Source of the DNA: an uncultured candidate division Zixibacteria bacterium
Lineage (GTDB): Bacteria; Zixibacteria; MSB-5A5; RBG-16-43-9
Assembly (NCBI GenBank): GCA_963713865.1
Contig: OY970208.1
Location: 672,001-736,000, forward strand
Direction of reading: 5' to 3'
DNA length: 64,000 nucleotides
Made by a program: the position numbers and the translations under genes. A model generated the notes under the pieces. The model saw only the letters and a list, made by a program, of their open reading frames with translations, made no database searches and was not told the DNA's origin. Positions 60,928-64,000 of this stretch are shown here, one piece after another (within the stretch, counting starts at the first letter, position 1; each line of letters opens with the position of its first letter).

Positions 60928-62775
60928 CTACTCTTTCTTTTTGAGTTCGTATTCACCAGAAGGATCGATCTGTTTTAAGGCTTTGACTTGGTTATTTTCC
61001 ACCATGAATACGAAGGTGTAGTCAGCGAATTGTTTTATCCGGAAGGTGTGGGTTTTGACGGGTACCAATTCGTACACTGGTTGGCCCGGCACAGACAGGT
61101 AGAGACTGTTGTCAGTTTTTAGTATGACTTCAATGGTCGTGCCTGCAATTTCGTATTTTCCAGCATATTGTTTCAGGATATCGGGGTCGGTGAGAGAAGC
61201 ATCTGTCTTCCGGACAAAGGTTGCTTCGGATTCGTCCAGAGAAAATACCACCCGGTCGATATCACCCTGGGGATTGGTGTAGAAGTTTAGCGACCATAAC
61301 CCGTATTGCTCATCGTTCGGGGTATCGAACCGGTCGTAGTGATAATGATTGAGAGGAAGCTTTATCTTGTGGAAATCAAATTGCAGAGCAGTATCTTCCT
61401 TAGAGATGGTCAGAATTCCATAGGCTGGATGTTCATATTGACCAGCATAATCTGAGAGCGGGTGGGATGGTTTAGTATTAGCAATACGATCCTGTCCAGC
61501 CTTTTGTCTCCCTTCTTTACCAGCCTGTTTACCTTTGATACGGTCCTCCAATCGCCTTTCATTCCAGGGTGTCTGTTTCAACCCAAGAAGTCGCTCATAG
61601 ATATTGTAGGAAATAACGTTGTATAAAGGAGCACCGTGATCTCCGATGACGAAGACGATAACCCCGATACTGTCATAGGGCATACAGGAGATCTGGGAAT
61701 GGAAACCATCGATGTCTCCTCCGTGATAAGTTAAATAATGACCTCTGTAGGAGGCAAACCATCTGCCCATACCATAAACCGAATTCAGCAGCTCTTCATA
61801 ACCCTTGTTTTCCAGATTGGTATTGGGTAGTGCAATGGATGGCTCCAGGGTTGCTTTAACCACGTTCTCCGGGATAACCTGTTTCCTTTCATATTTTCCG
61901 CCATTCATCAAGGCTATTAACCAATGTGACATATCCTGAATGCTTGAAATGATGGAACCGGCTGGACCCATTCCCTGAACATCTTCATAGTATGGAATTC
62001 TATAAAGCAAAGTAGTATCTCTTTTCTCATTATAGGGAACTGCAAAGTCGGGTTGTTTGGTCATTTCCTCTATGGAGAAAAGGGTACTTTTCATATCCAA
62101 TGGTTTGAAGATCCGCTCACGCACGAAATCTTCCCAGGTTTTTTGGGTCAGATACTCGATGATATACCCTGAGGCGGCATACATCATATTGTTGTATAAA
62201 AAACCCTGTCTGAGGGGTTGGCTTGGCTCAAGATATTTCAGACGGTCGAATAACTCCTTGCGCGTAAAGTTCGATTTATACCAGATCATATCATGACGGG
62301 AAATCCCGGTGCGGTGGGATAACATATCGCGGATAGTGACAGTGTTGTTTAATTCGTCATTATAAAACTCTATGATCGGCACATACTGGCGAACAGGTTT
62401 ATCCCAATCTAATTTCTTCTCCTCGACGAGCAGCCCGATGGCTGATGATGTAAATAATTTTGTATTTGAAGCAATCTGGAATAAGGTATTAGGTGTAATC
62501 GGTAGTTTTTTCTCATAGTCCCGGTATCCATACCCCTTGGCGAAAACTAACTGGTCTTTGACAACTACCCCAACTCCAACACCAGGAGTGTTCCAATCCT
62601 TAAGCACTTTTTCCATATACTGGTCAAAACCTTTTAGCTTTTTTTGAACATCCCGGGTTTGAGCGAAAACTGTAAATGGAAGTTGAAAACATAGAAATAT
62701 GAGAATTATTATGCTCAACTTAGTTTTGATAAATGAACGCATATTACCTCTCTCTGGTAAAGGCGTGATTTTCAT
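60928..62775 (-). CDS. Secreted serine hydrolase (beta-lactamase/AmpC-like) with C-terminal DUF3471-like domains
   Basis: F.IASNTK (SxxK), LSHRTG, YNN, HGG, Y.G.Y.HPAYG. Confidence 0.9.
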   Translation of the reverse strand: MKITPLPERGNMRSFIKTKLSIIILIFLCFQLPFTVFAQTRDVQKKLKGFDQYMEKVLKDWNTPGVGVGVVVKDQLVFAKGYGYRDYEKKLPITPNTLFQIASNTKLFTSSAIGLLVEEKKLDWDKPVRQYVPIIEFYNDELNNTVTIRDMLSHRTGISRHDMIWYKSNFTRKELFDRLKYLEPSQPLRQGFLYNNMMYAASGYIIEYLTQKTWEDFVRERIFKPLDMKSTLFSIEEMTKQPDFAVPYNEKRDTTLLYRIPYYEDVQGMGPAGSIISSIQDMSHWLIALMNGGKYERKQVIPENVVKATLEPSIALPNTNLENKGYEELLNSVYGMGRWFASYRGHYLTYHGGDIDGFHSQISCMPYDSIGVIVFVIGDHGAPLYNVISYNIYERLLGLKQTPWNERRLEDRIKGKQAGKEGRQKAGQDRIANTKPSHPLSDYAGQYEHPAYGILTISKEDTALQFDFHKIKLPLNHYHYDRFDTPNDEQYGLWSLNFYTNPQGDIDRVVFSLDESEATFVRKTDASLTDPDILKQYAGKYEIAGTTIEVILKTDNSLYLSVPGQPVYELVPVKTHTFRIKQFADYTFVFMVENNQVKALKQIDPSGEYELKKKE

Positions 62776-63125
62776 TGTGTCCTCCTGTTCTTAGATTATT
62801 TAACTTACTAAACTAAATTACCGTATTCGAATTTCTGAGTTATGACGTTCTTCTTTCAATTTGACGTGATAAAATCCAAAAGGTTTCATTATTCTTTTCC
62901 TGCAGATTTATAAATCGGACTGTAATCTAACTCTTGGAAAATATTTAGCAAGGAATTTTTGCGGGGGGAAATGATATCGCCCTCCCTCTATCCCTCCCAT
63001 TCCTACGGATCCGTTTAGGACAAGGGAGGGAAAATATAAGGACAGAACATTGTTCTGTCCCTACAAAAATCGGTGGTTCCACCTCCTACTCCAGGCTAAT
63101 TCACTCTGTAATCCGAAAAAAACAT

Positions 63126-63158
63126 AAGGGCTGGGAGAGCCTGAGGATTCCCAGCCCT
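63126..63158 (-). terminator. Probable intrinsic terminator of the 215-aa gene
   Basis: AAGGGCTGGGA...TCCCAGCCCTT stem, followed on the minus strand by ATGTTTTTTT. Confidence 0.6.
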
Positions 63159-63199
63159 TCAGGAGGGGGGCTGTTGGGTTGAAGAATTTATCTTTTTAG

Positions 63200-63847
63200 C
63201 TATGGTGAGCCGTAATTTTTCACCATAAACAAAATACTCTGCAAGGCACCGCTGACATTGGATAATATTTTGGAATATCTTTTCAAAAGCTCACTATACT
63301 GCCAGCGGATGCTGAACGCCTTTTCCGGGAACTCGAAAAGGTCTAAAAGGGTTTTTTTATAAATCTCATCTAAATATTTTAAAACGAAATAGGGATAATC
63401 CGGGACATTAGGATCCTGCACTTCTCCTCTGGATAATCTTTCTTTGTACATCTCAACTTTCTCTAAGATAACTGTACCAAAGCACCAGGGAGACATTATC
63501 ACCTCTAAATCAGAAGAATCAGCATAATAGGTGTAGATATATTTCAGCACCTGATCAGCCAAAAGCCTTTTAGCTCGATAATAGGAAAGGCTCTCGATTT
63601 TTTTAGGGTCACACTGGCTGATCTTTTTATCTATCTCCTTTTTCTCCTCCAGGCATCTGGCTTCTACCCTTTCTAAAAACTGGTAAAAATCCTCAAAATA
63701 AACCTTTACATTCTCATTCAGGGTTAAAATGTAAGACCCTCCCTCATCCCTCTTTATCCTAGGCTCCTTAAGTGAAGAAACCCTTTCTTTTGGAAAACCT
63801 CTTTTTAAACCAGCTTTTAGCATCGATTCCCCTTTCCCAAAAGTCAT
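63200..63847 (-). CDS. Hypothetical protein
   Basis: 215-aa ORF; no family recognised. Confidence 0.75.
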   Translation of the reverse strand: MTFGKGESMLKAGLKRGFPKERVSSLKEPRIKRDEGGSYILTLNENVKVYFEDFYQFLERVEARCLEEKKEIDKKISQCDPKKIESLSYYRAKRLLADQVLKYIYTYYADSSDLEVIMSPWCFGTVILEKVEMYKERLSRGEVQDPNVPDYPYFVLKYLDEIYKKTLLDLFEFPEKAFSIRWQYSELLKRYSKILSNVSGALQSILFMVKNYGSP

Positions 63848-63879
63848 AAAACCTGAGAAACAAACACACTAAATACAAA

Positions 63880-63895
63880 AGCAAAACCTATGCCG
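63880..63895 (-). promoter_or_regulatory. Sigma54 (-24/-12)-like promoter
   Basis: Minus strand CGGCATAGGTTTTGCT = GG-N10-GC. Confidence 0.55.
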
Positions 63896-64000
63896 TTAGG
63901 ACTGGTAACCCCTTGAAGTATAAGCTATTATTGAGGTTGACCTTGTATTTATGGGAGAATTCCTATAATAAGTTTCAACCTTATATTATGCAACCACATT

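Overview
Bacterial chromosomal window spanning the replication origin: mnmE-yidC-yidD-rnpA-rpmH, divergent dnaA-dnaN-dciA(DUF721)-gyrB-gyrA, with DnaA boxes on both sides of dnaA. Housekeeping blocks follow: thiL, nnr, pyrF/D/K, cobB, rluD-lspA-dksA-ileS, PNP-divIVA-yggS, ybbR-tsaD, ion transport and galT. Gene order suggests an FCB-related lineage, possibly Zixibacteria (inference only). Accessory content includes a decayed BglII/BstYI-type R-M locus next to a SieB-like gene, a complete IS1202-family-like IS with a 16-bp target duplication, an HNH gene with integron-cassette ends between 55-bp direct repeats, a RadC-N + type IIG R-M operon and an integrase-less array of four cassettes with degenerate attC sites. 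Intergenic DNA is dense in REP-like hairpins. The most unusual signal is three families of micro-insertions (27 bp, ~20 bp GGATCC-centred, 15 bp palindrome) that interrupt those hairpins; the 27-bp and 15-bp types also sit in frame in gyrA and mnmE. A 63-aa zinc-ribbon ORF is enclosed by a long-range 5'/3' helix. All calls come from reading the sequence by eye; no searches were run.
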